A stretch of DNA of 61,853 bases, the filler included, from Coriobacteriales bacterium (GTDB taxonomy: Bacteria; Actinomycetota; Coriobacteriia; Coriobacteriales; UBA8131): NCBI GenBank assembly GCA_031263105.1. It is 5 parts of 5 records of this genome, joined end to end, with 100 filler letters (N's around TTAATTAATTAA, not from the genome) between each part and the next. Parts side by side here need not be neighbours in the genome. Positions count along the whole stretch, not along the records: positions 55,981 to 61,853 come from JAISGJ010000073.1; 4 more parts are not named here. One strand, written 5' to 3'. Both the position numbers and the translations under genes were made by a program. The notes under the pieces were generated by a model. That model ran no database searches. It was not told where the DNA came from and saw only the letters and a program-made list of their open reading frames with translations. How positions within the stretch are numbered: position 1 is the first letter of the stretch; each line of letters opens with the position of its first letter. Shown here one piece after another: positions 59,226-61,853 of the stretch.

Positions 59226-61739
59226 ATGCCAGACCTACAGCTCCGTTTCGACCGTGACGTCATCGTCGTCGACGGGGCAATGGGCACCATGCTTCAGCGC
59301 GAAGGGATATCCCCTGACGAGAGCGGCATGCTCCTCAACGTGCTCGAGCCCGACCTCATCGTGGGCATCCATCGGCAGTACCTGCTCGCGGGCGCACAGG
59401 CCCTGACGACGAACTCCTTTGGAGGGAGCCGCGCGAAGCTGGCCGATTTTGGGCTTGAGGAGAAGGTCGAGGAGCTGAACCGCGCGGCCGTCCGTCTCGC
59501 GAAGGCCGCCGGCCCCGAGCACGTGCTGGCGGACGTGGGCCCCTGCGGCCTGGTCCTTGAGCCGCTGGGAAACGCCCGATTCGACGAGGTCTTCGCCCAG
59601 TACGCCGAGCAGGTGCGCGCGCTCGCCACCGAGGGGCCCGACGCCATCCTCATCGAGACGATGGCGGACATCGCGGATGCCCGTTGCGCCCTGCTCGCCG
59701 CGAAGTCCGTCTGCGACCTGCCCGTCATCGTCTCGTGCACCTTCGATGCGACGGGGCATATGGAGCTGAGCGGCACGTCGCCTGCCACCGCCGCCGTCAT
59801 CCTCGAAGCGGCAGGAGCCGCCGCCGTGGGCATGAACTGCGGGCTCGGCCCCGAGCAGCTCATCCCCCTCGTCGAACAGATGGCAAAGGCGACGGCCCTG
59901 CCGCTCGTCGTCCAGCCCAATGCCGGGATGCCCCAGCTCGACGACAAGGGAGGCACCTGGTACACGGGCAGCGCCGAGGACTTCGCGGAAGCTGCCGTCT
60001 CGCTTTGGAGCATGGGCGTGCAGCTCATCGGCTCATGTTGCGGCTCCACCCCCGCCTTCACCGGCGGCATCTACGCGAGCGTCGGGGGCAACGACGTCAC
60101 GGCGCACCTGCGGCCCTCCTTTGCGGGGAGCACCGTTTGCGCCTCCCCCATCGCGACCGTCGTGCTGGGCCCCGGCCACCCCGCCCGGATAATCGGTGAG
60201 CGCATCAACCCCACGGGGAAGCCCAGGCTCGCTGCCGAGCTGGAGCAGGGCCTCATGTCCCTCACGCTCGGCCTCGGCGAGTCGCAGGCCAAGGCGGGCG
60301 CCGCCCTCATCGACGTGAACGTGGGCGCCCCCATGGTCGACGCCAAGGCCGCACTGCCCGCTGCCGCCTTGGCGCTGCAGGGCTTCATAAGCTGCCCTCT
60401 CGTTTTCGACACGACGGACTACGACGCGCTCGAGGCGGCGCTGAAGGCATACCCCGGCCGCGCCCTCATAAACTCCGTGAACGGCGACGCGGCAAGCTAC
60501 GAGCGCGTCTTTCCACTCGCGCGGCGCTACGGGGCGGCCGTCATCGTGCTGGCCCTCGACGAGACGGGCGTCCCCACGACGGCAAAAGGGCGGCTCGCCA
60601 TCGCCGAGCGCGTGCGCGCCGAGGCGCACCGTCACGGCCTGCGCGACGAGGATCTCGTCTTCGACGTGCTGACCATGGCGGCCGCCAGCGACCCTGCGGC
60701 GCCCGAGACGACGCTCGAGGCCCTGCGCAGCCTCGCATCCCAAGGCCTGGCGACGGTGCTCGGCGTGTCGAACGTCAGCCACGGCCTGCCCGAGCGCCCG
60801 GCCCTGAACGCGGCCTTCGTCGCCGCCGCCATAGCCGCAGGGCTCTCACTGGCCATCGCGAACCCCAACGACCCCGTTATGAGCGAGTCGGTGCAGACGT
60901 CGAACGCCTGCCTCGCCACACGCGGCTTCGACGAGGCGCTCGCGGAGTGGCGCGAGGTCTACGAGCGGGTCATGGAGCGGTCGAAGGGGCCTGCGGGCGG
61001 CTTTGCGCCCAGCCGAGGGGGCGGCGGCGATGCCGCAGGCGCCGCAGGCGCCGCCGACGCGTCCGTGCCTGACGGACAGGGCGATGCGCGCTCCCGGCTC
61101 GAACAGGCGGTGCTGCGCGGCGACAGGGACGCGGCCCCCTCCCTCGTCGATGCGGTCGTAGAAGGCGGCCTGCCCGCCGAGCGCATCGTCGATGAGGTCC
61201 TGACCCCCCTCCTTGCGGAGCTGGGCGAGGCCTTCGCGCGCGGCGAGGCCTTCCTCCCGCAGATGATGCTCGCCGCCGGCGCGATGAAGGCGGCGGTCGG
61301 GCGCATCAAGGAGCACCTTCCCGAGAGCGCCGCCGCAGACATAGCCGGCAAGGTGCTGTTCTGCACCGTCAAGGGCGACGCGCACTCCATCGGCAAGGAC
61401 ATCTGCACGGCCCTGCTCGAAAGCCAGGGCTTCAAGGTCTACGACCTCGGCGTCGATGTGGCTCCGGAGAGGGTCGTCGAGACGGCGCGCGCCGAGGACG
61501 TGGACGTCGTCTGCCTCTCTGCGCTCATGACCACGACCCTGCCCTCCATGAAGGAGACGGTGGAGAGGATATATGCGGAGCTGCCCGCCTTCGCTCCCGG
61601 GGGCCGCAAGGCGGTCGCCGTCGGCGGGGCGGTCGTGACCGAGCGCTGGGCGACCAGCGTGGGCGCCGCCTACGCGCCCGATGCGCCCTCCTGCGTCCGC
61701 CTCGTCCAGTCGGTCGTGCAGGGGCAGCGGGCGCACTAG
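59226..61739 (+). CDS. metH: Cobalamin-dependent methionine synthase-like protein (Hcy, pterin and B12 domains; no reactivation domain)
   Basis: DGAMGTML, TNSFG, GMNCGLGP, PNAG, GSCCG, IIGERINPTGK, DVNVG, NSVNG, GVSNVS, KGDAHSIGK, SALMTTT. Confidence 0.9.
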   Translation: MPDLQLRFDRDVIVVDGAMGTMLQREGISPDESGMLLNVLEPDLIVGIHRQYLLAGAQALTTNSFGGSRAKLADFGLEEKVEELNRAAVRLAKAAGPEHVLADVGPCGLVLEPLGNARFDEVFAQYAEQVRALATEGPDAILIETMADIADARCALLAAKSVCDLPVIVSCTFDATGHMELSGTSPATAAVILEAAGAAAVGMNCGLGPEQLIPLVEQMAKATALPLVVQPNAGMPQLDDKGGTWYTGSAEDFAEAAVSLWSMGVQLIGSCCGSTPAFTGGIYASVGGNDVTAHLRPSFAGSTVCASPIATVVLGPGHPARIIGERINPTGKPRLAAELEQGLMSLTLGLGESQAKAGAALIDVNVGAPMVDAKAALPAAALALQGFISCPLVFDTTDYDALEAALKAYPGRALINSVNGDAASYERVFPLARRYGAAVIVLALDETGVPTTAKGRLAIAERVRAEAHRHGLRDEDLVFDVLTMAAASDPAAPETTLEALRSLASQGLATVLGVSNVSHGLPERPALNAAFVAAAIAAGLSLAIANPNDPVMSESVQTSNACLATRGFDEALAEWREVYERVMERSKGPAGGFAPSRGGGGDAAGAAGAADASVPDGQGDARSRLEQAVLRGDRDAAPSLVDAVVEGGLPAERIVDEVLTPLLAELGEAFARGEAFLPQMMLAAGAMKAAVGRIKEHLPESAAADIAGKVLFCTVKGDAHSIGKDICTALLESQGFKVYDLGVDVAPERVVETARAEDVDVVCLSALMTTTLPSMKETVERIYAELPAFAPGGRKAVAVGGAVVTERWATSVGAAYAPDAPSCVRLVQSVVQGQRAH

Positions 61740-61743
61740 TAGT

Positions 61744-61800
61744 TTGATTCATCTAAAATCAATGATATAATCACTCCTGTCATCTACAATGAGAGGAGTG
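61744..61800 (+). promoter_or_regulatory. Promoter plus RBS-occluding hairpin
   Basis: TTGATT-16 bp-TATAAT (61744-61771); CACTCCT-G-TCAT...ATGA-G-AGGAGTG stem at 61772-61800. Confidence 0.6.
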
Positions 61801-61806
61801 GTATCA

Positions 61807-61853
61807 ATGAAACCAAAGTATGACCTGGTACATCTCAGCATGTCTGATCGCGC
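61807..61853 (+). CDS. Start of an ORF running off the window (MKPKYDLVHLSMSDR...)
   Basis: ATG 8 nt after AGGAG, downstream of a promoter; too short to identify. Confidence 0.55.
   Translation, partial: MKPKYDLVHLSMSDR

Overview
High-GC bacterial sequence, most consistent with a Coriobacteriia (Eggerthellaceae-like) actinobacterium; this is inferred from the membrane-anchored LuxR plus Tat flavoprotein pair, alpha-type GlyRS and ScpAB. The window is five contigs joined by artificial 100-nt N/TTAATTAATTAA/N linkers (13257-13356, 20484-20583, 33989-34088, 55881-55980), so adjacency across linkers means nothing. Contig 1 holds a vapBC pair, a serine recombinase and a lower-GC eight-gene operon (membrane protein, YidD-like protein, HerA/FtsK-type ATPase, acidic protein with a ParB-like tip, SPFH-SHOCT protein, membrane protein, and a dead and an intact beta-lactamase-fold protein). 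The predicted promoter of that operon lies between perfect 37-bp inverted repeats resembling serine-invertase sites, i.e. a candidate phase-variation switch on an uncharacterised system; this is the top finding. Contig 2: asd, queT, site-2 protease, trpS, scpAB, rluB. Contig 3: MalT-like regulator, Tat flavoprotein with divergent TM-LuxR, thrS, a tandem-duplicated Fes-like esterase and tRNA-Ser(CGA) with tRNA-derived repeats. Contig 4: glyQ, lepB, trmD, rimM, khpA, rpsP, rplL, rplJ and a Firmicutes-style type VII secretion locus. Contig 5: vapBC, a stand-alone CdiA-C-like nuclease, gene fragments and a MetH-like gene. A non-autonomous MITE family (GTTACT-ended TIRs, 8-bp target duplications, one nested copy) occurs about seven times. 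All calls come from reading motifs by eye; no database searches were run.
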